Source: a virus. From it: 64,000 nucleotides of DNA. The stretch lies in the IMG/VR virus record IMGVR_UViG_3300043419_000731, positions 32,001 to 96,000 of that record. One strand, 5' to 3'. Position 1 is the first letter of the stretch, and each line of letters starts with the position of its first letter. Both the position numbers and the translations under genes were made by a program. A model generated the notes under the pieces. That model was not told where the DNA came from. It saw only the letters and a program-made list of their open reading frames with translations, and made no database searches. Shown here one piece after another: positions 27,960-36,780 of this stretch.

Positions 27960-28111
27960 TTTCCCTCTTTCGTTGTATAGGAGTATTATAGGGCATAGCA
28001 CTGACAAATGGAATAGTTTTCAGGGATTTTCTTTGTGATCCGTAACACAAAAAACTGGCCTTCCCTATTGCGGGCGCATACTTATGCATTGATATGCATA
28101 AATATGTTTTG

Positions 28112-28185
28112 CGATCCATAACGGACTTGAACCGTCGACCTCTACCGTGACAGGGTAGCGCTCTAACCAACTGAGCTAATGGACC
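28112..28185 (-). tRNA. tRNA-Asp(GTC)
   Basis: Reverse complement GGTCCATTAGCTCAGTTGGTTAGAGCGCTACC-CTGTCAC-GGTAGAGGTCGACGGTTCAAGTCCGTTATGGATCG. Confidence 0.93.
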
Positions 28186-28228
28186 AATAAGGTGAGCAGT
28201 TTTAAATCTTGCTCAGGATTATTTTTAT

Positions 28229-29233
28229 TTAGAAAGTTGCAACCATTCGATACAACTTATTTTTTTCTGCGGTAAGAACAGGGTCAAATCCTGATGCACC
28301 CGCCATAAGTGATTCAGAGTTGCCACGCCCTGAACGATAGTAATCTAGGCGCTCAGTTAGCGCATTGAATGCGCCCCACTTTGTGCCCTTGATTGTGGCG
28401 TTAGTTGGTGAGTTATGATAAAGGTCATCGATTAGGACAACTTTATTTTCCCACTTCTTGATTGCGCCCTTAGCATCTTTCTCAGGCTTTGGATAGATTG
28501 TCTGAATCAACTTTGAGAATTCAGCATCGGTGATTGCTTGAGAATAAAGTGCTTGAGCATTCTTCTCAAATTCATCAAAGTATCCAAGCGCAAGCCCAAG
28601 AGTTTCACGAGCAACTTGAATGCGACCTTCAACAGATTGCGTGTGGCGAATCTTGAAAGATTGCTTAGCGCTCTTCATTGCAAGGTTGAGAGTGTTTTGG
28701 CATACAACACGAACAGGGGTAACCGCTGCTTGAACAGCAACAGAACCATCGTGTGATGTCCATACGATTAGATATAACTTGGTTTCGTCATTGGCGCCTT
28801 GTGGGTCAAGAACCATTGTGCGAGGAATATCCACAGTGCCGAATACAACTTTGCCCTGCTTAAGAGAACCAGCAGATTCCCAACGGCAGTCAGCGTTAGC
28901 ATCGTGAATTGCATCAGCGAATGCAAACAATTCTTCATTCTGCACAGGCTTGTAGCGCTTACCAACAGTAGCAAGAACATCAGTTCCGCCATTGAATGGG
29001 TTATCACGCAACACGAGAGATGCAGTTGAAACATCATTCCAAGATTCTGGAATATGCTCAGCGATTGGAGAAAGACGAACATTCCAATTTGCTAACTTTG
29101 CTTCTTCAAGCATTGTTGCAGTTGTAACTTCTTCATCTTGTGTAAAGATGCGGTTTGCAAGGTTGTGCCAAGCAGGAGCACCACGGAGAGCGAATGCAAC
29201 TTCGCCATTTTCGACTTCGAGATTATGAGCCAT
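28229..29233 (-). CDS. DUF932 family phage/plasmid-like protein (TIGR03299-like)
   Basis: MAHNL...PAWH.L...VG.RY.PVQN...ESAGSL..G...TSHDGS...TPVRVVCQNTL...RHT...GT.WGAFNA.TE..D. Confidence 0.88.
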   Translation of the reverse strand: MAHNLEVENGEVAFALRGAPAWHNLANRIFTQDEEVTTATMLEEAKLANWNVRLSPIAEHIPESWNDVSTASLVLRDNPFNGGTDVLATVGKRYKPVQNEELFAFADAIHDANADCRWESAGSLKQGKVVFGTVDIPRTMVLDPQGANDETKLYLIVWTSHDGSVAVQAAVTPVRVVCQNTLNLAMKSAKQSFKIRHTQSVEGRIQVARETLGLALGYFDEFEKNAQALYSQAITDAEFSKLIQTIYPKPEKDAKGAIKKWENKVVLIDDLYHNSPTNATIKGTKWGAFNALTERLDYYRSGRGNSESLMAGASGFDPVLTAEKNKLYRMVATF

Positions 29234-29410
29234 TTTTTGCCTTTCGTTTGGTTGATTAAGCAATTATAACAGGTGGGTCTGACATTTACAAGGTTAGTTA
29301 GTCATTTGTCCGAATTGTCTGACGTGATCAATCTCACAAATTTTCAGGGTTTTCCACAGATCCCCGTAACGCTGTGGATAACCCCGCAAAAGCGGGGGCC
29401 GAGCTGGGGA

Positions 29411-31276
29411 TTAACTCCCCAACTCTACCTTAGTCGCATTTCGAATTATGTTTTTATTAAATTCAACTGTCTTCTCATCAAGAAACATTGCAGTTGTCTT
29501 TTTCTTTTTTACATTATCAAAAACGTAAGCATTTACTTTGCCGCTAAAGTTTCTGATGTTACTGAATACTAATTCAGTTAAGTATTCTTTATCAACACCT
29601 TGATCCGAATAAATCGTGATGTCGTTCATTTTGTTTGCATCGTAGATTTCTACTCTGAAACGATTTGCCATTGTATTACCTTTGTTAGTAGTTGTCCCCG
29701 AAGGGAGAGCAGTTTGGCGACATACTCAGGTCGTTGGATTAGTTAGAGATAACGAGCAATTTGCTTCATTGTTGAAGCATTAACTGTTTCCTCATCTGTC
29801 ATCTTTAGAATTGTGAGAGCATTTGTGATGTCCTCTACAATTTCGTTGTATGAGTGCTGGTGCATAATTGTAAAATCACGCTGTGGCTCTGTTGGCAAAT
29901 CTTTCTCTGCAACTGTCAAATCAAAGTCAATGTTGAGAGTGTTATTCCAAGAGCGATAAGAAGTGCGAAGGTTCTCTGACTTCTTGATGTTTGCGATTGC
30001 ATAATCCTGAAGTTCCTTCTGCCAAATCTTACGAGCCTTTTCATACTTAGCCTCGTTTGCGCCTTGCTCAGCATACTCTTTCTTGATTGTTGCTAACTTT
30101 GTTTCCAAAGCCTTAATTACCTTTGGTGTTGCCACCTTTACTGTGATTGCTCTTGACATTTTTCCTCTTTCGTTGGTTGGTTGATGTTATGAGTATTATA
30201 GCAGGGGGGTCTGACATTTCCCCCGAAGGGGGGAGAGTTCTTACTTACGACATTGGGCTAGAACACTCTCCTAAACTGCCCCTGTTTCGATTATTTAGTT
30301 ATACTAGAGAACTTGCTGAAACTGTTGTCCAGCGTGTTTCCTTCGTTGGCATTTCTAGCAACACACGCACCGAGCCAGATGCTTGTGGGTGGATTTCTTT
30401 AATCACACCTGTCTTCTTTGACTTGAGGGTGGTGAATAAATCTCCAACCTGATACAACTTGTCTTGTATTGTCATTTGCTTCCTTCTTTCTGTGTAGGGT
30501 AGTATTGTAGCATTGGGGTCTGACATCTGTCTAGCCCTATCTCACTATTTGAGAGAATTATTGTGTGATTAGTATCACAAGTAGTCGGTTAGGTCGCCAT
30601 CCATTATTTCGCTGACATCCACGCCTTCAGACTCAGCAATTGCATCCCATAGATCGGATTCTGTAAAATCTCCTTCAGGGTGCCACTCAGCTAAAATCTC
30701 ATAGACATTACTCATCGTAGTCCTCCTGTGGTAGCCAAGCATCTAGGTGGTGAGCATCTACGATAGCCGATGCAGGGCAAGTATCTTGACCTCGCCAAAA
30801 TACGCCTTCAGGAAGGCTAATCTCACGGGAGTAGTCCTCCTCATAGTATGCGTCAATTGCTTCGATGCAAGCATCTACCATAGCGACGGGGACGGGTGGA
30901 TAATGATTAGCCTGAAGGTGATAAGCAAGTCCAGCCTCAAGTGATAAATCTTCTGCAAGTCCTACTGCGGTTGTGTATCCCATTTTATTTCCTTTGTTCG
31001 TTGGTTGATAAGAGTATTGTATCAGGGGGCACTGACATTATCAGTGCCCCCATTAGATTATTTAGAGATAGATAGTTCTGCCCAAGAGTAGCCCGTGTTT
31101 GCAACTTCCAAAACCTTTGCTATTTCTAGTGCAGCGTGTGTTGCTTCTGAACACATCTTTGTAAGTTCATCCTCAGATAAAGATAATAGGGCAGGCAGTA
31201 ATCGAGCCTCAATTTTATCTAGGTCAATAGTAGCCATAAAACTAACTGTGTGTGGTACTTTCATTACATTAGCCAT
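29411..31276 (-). CDS. Early-type small hypothetical genes (29411-29671, 29743-30159, 30299-30475 KOW/SH3-like, 30708-30983, 31058-31276), most with their own promoter
   Basis: ORF track; most are preceded by the TGTCAG-N10-TAYAAT promoter and a GAAAGG leader. Confidence 0.65.
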
Positions 31277-31659
31277 TTGTTGCCTTTCGTTGTTGGTATG
31301 AGAGTATTATAGCCGAAGCCACTGACATTTCATAATCCATTTACGGCGTGTCGCAGCTTTTGTGAGAATGATCACAAATTTTCAGGGTCTGTGGATAACT
31401 CCCGTAAGCCTGTGGAAAACCCCCCACAAAAGAGAGGGCCTGCATATTTATTCAGTCTTCTGAATATCTATGCTTGCGCTTTCGTGTATATTTTTTCTTA
31501 TTGCGAACAGGGGTTGCGGCATTTGATCTCCGCAACTCCTGCACACGCTTAATTCTATTCAACACATTTGCATTTCTTAACACTTAACACATCTCCTTCA
31601 ATATATACCGCACCAAAATCTTCACAACTATCACACACAAACATTTCTACCAGTTGCAT

Positions 31660-31845
31660 TTATTTAGCCGCCTTCATCTTGTAGTTACTTGCTTCGTGAA
31701 ATCTTACGACATCAAATCGTGGATTATCTTTTGCAAACATCTCCGCAAAATCTGTAACGACCTTAGAAAATAAAGCGGGGTGAGTTTTGTTGCTCATATA
31801 GTTTAGAATTTCGGCAGTTGCCACATAATCTTTGCGAGTCATCAT
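31660..31845 (-). CDS. Hypothetical protein, paralog of 32727-32912
   Basis: MTRKDYV..A...F..DNPRFD...F.EA shared. Confidence 0.7.
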   Translation of the reverse strand: MMTRKDYVATAEILNYMSNKTHPALFSKVVTDFAEMFAKDNPRFDVVRFHEASNYKMKAAK

Positions 31846-32470
31846 TTTGTTACGACCTTTCGTCCTTCACGATAAAATATGCGTGTATACATTTTGCCAG
31901 TTGGCATTTGGAGATTTACAGTTGCGTATTCATTAGCCCAACCCCAATCAACAAAATTGTTAAATGCGGTGAAAGCCTCTAAAGCGTCGGCATAGTTCTT
32001 ATTGAAGTGGATAGGCTTGCTATCATATGAAACAGATATCTGATACATATAGTTTTCCTTTCGTAGTTATTTATAGAGATATTATAGCGGAGAGGTCTGA
32101 CAAATTAGTCTTCGCACTCGCAAGGCTTGGAGTAATCAAACTCGCAGAAGTAACAGCCTTGATATTCATCATGTGCCTTGCACACATATCGGAATTGCAT
32201 TTCATCGCAACAGAAGTGCGATTCATCTAGAACCGAATAAAACTCGGTTTGGTCAATTACATCTATCATTTATTCCCCCGTATTCACCGCTACATAGCGG
32301 TATGTATCTTTAATTGAATTGGTAGGGCGAACCTGAACCTTGTAGGTATCTGCATTTGCATACCAGACATCATCATTTTTTTCTGCGGAGATAATCTCAC
32401 CCTTTACAGAATTAGAGTAATACATTTTTCCCACTAGTAGGGACTCGACTGAATAAGCATTGGCTGACAT
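31842..32470 (-). CDS. Two small hypothetical genes (31842-32048, 32270-32470)
   Basis: ORF track; each has the repeated promoter and leader. Confidence 0.6.
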
Positions 32471-32726
32471 AGTGCCACCTCTTTCGTTGTTGTTATATGG
32501 ATATTATAGCCTATGGGACTGACAAAGTGTTAATTTGGCAAGGTTTTATCTCAATATGTGGAGCGTGGGCTATGTGATTAGCATCACATCAAAATGTCCG
32601 AATTGTCTGTCAAATCGACACGCCGCAAATTTTCAGGGTTTCTGTAACAATCACGTAACGACACGCCCGACCCCGTGCTTTTGCGGGCGGATCAACTTTT
32701 GTCAAGTCGACACGCCGTGATCTTAG

Positions 32727-32912
32727 TCACCTTTCTGCATAAACGGCTTCTTTAAACTTAGCTCGATCAAAACGGGGATTGTCTTCCTCGAATATGTCGC
32801 ACATATTATTAACTAGAAACTTTCTAGCCTCATAACTAAACATCTCGGCGGGGAAACCATGATTCATTGAATTAAATAAACCTGCAATACGCACATAATC
32901 TTTTCTAGTCAT
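32727..32912 (-). CDS. Hypothetical protein, paralog of 31660-31845
   Basis: MTRKDYVRIA...FEEDNPRFDRAKFKEA. Confidence 0.7.
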   Translation of the reverse strand: MTRKDYVRIAGLFNSMNHGFPAEMFSYEARKFLVNNMCDIFEEDNPRFDRAKFKEAVYAER

Positions 32913-33994
32913 TAGAGAGCACCTTCCTGAAATAATCCGATTTCTAAATTAAGTAATTCTTCTGGTGTTGCATCTTCTAAATCAACCCAGCCAGCACCTT
33001 CGTCATCAAGACGGAAAAATTCAATGTGTCCCATTAGTTAGCCTCCTCTGTTCCGAACAATGCAGACATTGTAGCGTTAGCCTGTGACATTGTAGCGATA
33101 GCCTTCTGAAGGCTTGCCTTGCGTTGCGCTTCTATGTGCGCCTTGTATTCTTCTAGGTTCATTACTGACCTTCTTTCGTTGTTGTTATAGTAGGAATTAT
33201 AGCGGAAGGGTCTGACAAATACCAGACGACACGCCGTGTTTTAAGAAATTCTTTTTTGTGATTAATCTCACAAAATTCCAGGGGTTGTGGATAAGTATCG
33301 TAACCTGTGGATAACCCCCCACAAAAGCGGGGGCGTGTCAAGTCGACACGCCGTTAGGCTAATGTGATTCGTGCCACATCTCACGCATATCACGCCACAC
33401 AAGGCGGGCCATATATAGGGCGGGGATACCGATAGCCATCTGCACGATAGTAGTTATTAGTCTATTCATTTTATTCTTCCTCTTCTGGCGTTAACCCTAA
33501 AGCTTCAACACATTCAAAACATACTGGCGATTCAAAACGATAATCGAATAAATCATCCTCTAAATTCATTACGCATTCTTCACAGTAGGTCATTGCTTAT
33601 TCTTCTTTCTTTTGATCATCTTGTATGCAACTAGTACAACAGTGGCGGGAATAATTACCTGCCATGAGAAAGCGATATAGCAAACATATGTATCGAATAC
33701 GAATCCGTAGTCATTAATCTCTATAGTCATTAGTTATCCCAGCAATCTACGCAAGTTACTACATCATCAACATCTAGCCACATACTAGAAACATCTTCAT
33801 CGCAAGTGCGACATTGTAGAGTTATCATTACTTACCCACCTTTACATCTTGAACATTAGCACGAAACTTTTGAGCCTTAGCGACATCGCTATCATTTAAT
33901 TCTTTTATAACGCTATCTACATCCTTGATGTTGTTAGCGATGTTGTTAATAGATAGTAGGCGGTTACCTTGCCAAATTGAATAAGTGATAGTCA

Positions 33995-34207
33995 TTAGTT
34001 ATCTCCAAACATTGCTAGAACGGTATCGACCTCTTCATCGGTGAGGTGGTCAATCTCAATTGCCTTAGTGAAACCGAAGACATCATCGTCTTCATCTTCT
34101 TCTTGCTCTACCTCATCATTGAGGTAAGCGTATTGGTCTGCTACATCTTCTTGAATTGTGTCCCACTTAGAGAGTGAGTTAGAGCGGGTATCATATGAGT
34201 AAGACAT
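33995..34207 (-). CDS. Acidic hypothetical protein
   Basis: 70 aa, D/E-rich; promoter variant at 34241. Confidence 0.6.
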   Translation of the reverse strand: MSYSYDTRSNSLSKWDTIQEDVADQYAYLNDEVEQEEDEDDDVFGFTKAIEIDHLTDEEVDTVLAMFGDN

Positions 34208-34722
34208 TTAGTTCTTCTTTCTTTAGTTTCTTATAATGGTATTGTAGCCGATAGAGCCGACATATTGGGGGATATAGAGGGGGTGTGTCGTGTGAGTTAC
34301 CTCACAGGCAGTTGATACACTCGCAACCCTTAGAGCGAATGAGGTACTTGAGTACCTCTTTGCGTGTGTATGTGTCTAGCCCATAAGATGAAGACACACC
34401 GCCATTGTGATACTCATGCACGATAGTGCTAAAGAGTTGTTCTGTAAGTTGAGTCATGTTCGACCCCTTTCTTGTTGTTATACCTTAATTATTGCATGGG
34501 GGTACGACAAATTGCAACTCGCAAAACGGACATTAAAGACATCTTGCCAAAATACTTTGTGATGCTCGTCACATTGTTCCTATGCTCACGCTCAATATGT
34601 GCGGTCTATCCTAAATGTCCGATTTTACAGAATATGTGTATCATACAAATTAAAAATATATTAACATTTTTAGAAATATGAGATTACAGTCAACTGAATT
34701 CTACACAGTGTATAATTGATAC

Positions 34723-35235
34723 ATGATATTAGAAAACGTTAGATCATCAGGGCGGGTGGAAGTATTAAAGAATGCTATTCCCAATACTCCAGATGTAGAA
34801 TTCTTTAGAGAGCACAGAAAAGTTGCCATGTCTCACATAAGATCAAAGTGGATCACAGATACTTTGTCTATGGCGTGGGAAGAAGATGGTTGTCCAGAAC
34901 TCACTAAGCATGAGGGCTTCAAAGCCTTTAGAAACGAGCTCCTAGCCTTTTTTGGAGATACTCTATGGGATAGTCCAGCAGCAATACTTTCAGATGTGAC
35001 TGGTGAACTAAGCGGTTTCAATTTTCATGTCGATAACGGAGAACAAGCTCATTGGCAATGTGCTGGTAAATCATCTTGGTACTTTAAATATCCAGACGGA
35101 ACAGAAGAAAACTACGAATTAGAAGCTGGCGATGTAATTTACATACCTTGGGGAATTGGTCATTCAGTGACATCCCTGGAATCGCCTAGAGCTGGAATCG
35201 TATTTTCTGCATTTGATATGCGATTTAGTTCTTGA
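34723..35235 (+). CDS. JmjC/cupin-like 2OG oxygenase
   Basis: FHVD...WQCAGKSSW...LEAGDVIYIP.GIGHSV. Confidence 0.8.
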   Translation: MILENVRSSGRVEVLKNAIPNTPDVEFFREHRKVAMSHIRSKWITDTLSMAWEEDGCPELTKHEGFKAFRNELLAFFGDTLWDSPAAILSDVTGELSGFNFHVDNGEQAHWQCAGKSSWYFKYPDGTEENYELEAGDVIYIPWGIGHSVTSLESPRAGIVFSAFDMRFSS

Positions 35236-35344
35236 CATCGAAAATATAAATAGTATACTTTTTCTAGGGGGGTCGGGGGGTCAGTAAATCAATAAATAAT
35301 AAATATTAAATATATATTATATATAGACTAAGACTAAGACTAAA

Positions 35345-35902
35345 ATGATACATCTAATTGGTGATTCACATACTGATAAAATACGTTATTTCAACGAAGA
35401 TCATAATTCTAACATAGAGTACTCTTTCCATCAAGGACATAGTGCTTATTCTTTCGACTACTCAAAAAATAATTTTAAAAAATTAGATCAAGGCGGACTG
35501 GTGATACCTTGGTTTGGATATATTGATTGCAAAGTGCATCTGCCATATAAGCTAGACACTATTTATACTGTAAAGAGATATATGGGCAAGACGCTAGGAC
35601 ATTTTAAGAATCAGGTAAGATTCATGGAACCAATTCCACAGCTAATTAGAATTGACGAACCTGGTGTAGAAGATAGATCATATGAAGAGAGAGTAGCGCA
35701 GCATAATCTGTTTGTTAAATACTTGCATATCTACTCTAAAGAATTTGGGCTGGTAGAGCCAATTAGAACATCAGAGATTATAGGCGTGGATGTAAATACA
35801 GTTCAATATGAATATGAGAGTAGGCTGCAGCCACAAGCATATAAGAAAATTTTAGATCACCTTGTATTGATAGATCAAGATAGAAATAAAGTAGTTGACT
35901 AG
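35345..35902 (+). CDS. SGNH/GDSL hydrolase-like protein
   Basis: LIGDSH block I; FGYIDC; strong TTGACA..TATACT promoter upstream. Confidence 0.55.
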   Translation: MIHLIGDSHTDKIRYFNEDHNSNIEYSFHQGHSAYSFDYSKNNFKKLDQGGLVIPWFGYIDCKVHLPYKLDTIYTVKRYMGKTLGHFKNQVRFMEPIPQLIRIDEPGVEDRSYEERVAQHNLFVKYLHIYSKEFGLVEPIRTSEIIGVDVNTVQYEYESRLQPQAYKKILDHLVLIDQDRNKVVD

Positions 35903-36118
35903 AATTATGGTATACTAATACTATGAAATGTGACTTTTGCGAAAATCAAAAATATGTAGAAAGACTTAACTCTAAAGGCGTACTTGAGAACTTCTGCAAT
36001 GATTGCATTCAAAAATTTTTTAGAAAAAAAGGCGGGAAATGAAGACAATACTCTGGATAGGCATTACAGTTATCCTAGTTCATATATGCGGAATAATTCT
36101 GCAAGTAATAATGAACTA

Positions 36119-36193
36119 GGGGATATAGCTTAATCTGGTTAAAGCACTTGTCTTATATACAATAGATTCTGAGTTCAAATCTCAGTATCCCTA
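36119..36193 (+). tRNA. tRNA-Ile(TAT)
   Basis: Acceptor GGGGATA/TATCCCT; D-arm GCTT/AAGC; anticodon arm CTTGT-CTTATAT-ACAAT (27:43 mismatch); T-arm CTGAG-TTCAAAT-CTCAG; discriminator A. Confidence 0.82.
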
Positions 36194-36393
36194 CAATATA
36201 AAAGCAGTTGACTAGGATATATATGAAGAAATTATATGCATTGATAACAATAATTGCGATAGCAATCTTTTCAGGAGCTCTATTAGCTCAATTTTTAAAT
36301 TGGGCGGGAGATGTAGAAATCTTTGATTTTGACCTAAGTGAAGATATAGATCATGAAACGTTCTAAACTATATAGGTCAATACTCTGGCTATC

Positions 36394-36720
36394 TTGGATT
36401 ATGATGATATCGTACTATATCTGGATAATATGGTAAATTCGGACAAAAGGGACCAACTAGCTAAATATCTGCAGAATCGTCGATATGAGGAATGCAACTA
36501 TTATCAAGCTGACAGATTCATTGCAGAGTGTTCGCTAGAATGGGTCATAGAAGGCCTTAAGAGGCGATTAGAGACTTGTTTGAATGCAAGTTCAGGGGTA
36601 TGTGACATATGGTACTTAGAAAGCCATTCAGAGTGTTTATTACTAATGGATCTAATATATGAATATAGCTCAGATGATCGATATAAGCCAAGTATTGCTA
36701 AGAATGATCCATGGGATTAA
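36394..36720 (+). CDS. Hypothetical protein
   Basis: 108-aa ORF with a TTG start. Confidence 0.5.
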   Translation: MDYDDIVLYLDNMVNSDKRDQLAKYLQNRRYEECNYYQADRFIAECSLEWVIEGLKRRLETCLNASSGVCDIWYLESHSECLLLMDLIYEYSSDDRYKPSIAKNDPWD

Positions 36721-36727
36721 AATGGGT

Positions 36728-36780
36728 TCTTCTACCGCCGCCGCACTTCAATTTTTTCACTTTTTCGCACTTTCACTTAA
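36728..36780 (-). repeat. Dispersed repeat, copy B (inverted relative to 21833)
   Basis: Reverse complement AGTGAAAGTGCGAAAAAGTGAAAAAATTGAAGTGCGGCGGCGGTAGA. Confidence 0.7.

Larger units (their letters stand above)
23080..33314. promoter_or_regulatory. Cluster of DnaA boxes (TTATCCACA or its reverse complement)
   Basis: Perfect TGTGGATAA at 23080, 23092, 29373, 31390, 33286, 33306; one mismatch at 29350 and 31411; intergenic and paired. Confidence 0.7.
24766..34509 (-). promoter_or_regulatory. 13 copies of promoter TGTCAG-N10-TAYAAT (+ strand ATTRTA-N10-CTGACA)
   Basis: Copies start at 24766, 26113, 27985, 29263, 30195, 30504, 31016, 31306, 32081, 32503, 33196, plus variants at 34241 (TGTCGG) and 34488 (TGTCGT/AATAAT); the spacer is exactly 10 nt in all. 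Confidence 0.85.
28034..34573. promoter_or_regulatory. Cluster of CRP/GlxR-type boxes TGTGA-N6-TCACA
   Basis: Perfect at 30564, 31361, 32573, 33257, 34291, 34558; one mismatch at 28034, 29323, 33363; all intergenic. Confidence 0.75.

Noticed and set aside
22900-34600. CRISPR array or mini-array among the repeated intergenic motifs
   Set aside because: The repeats are short, degenerate and separated by genes, not 23-47 bp direct repeats with uniform spacers; no cas genes.
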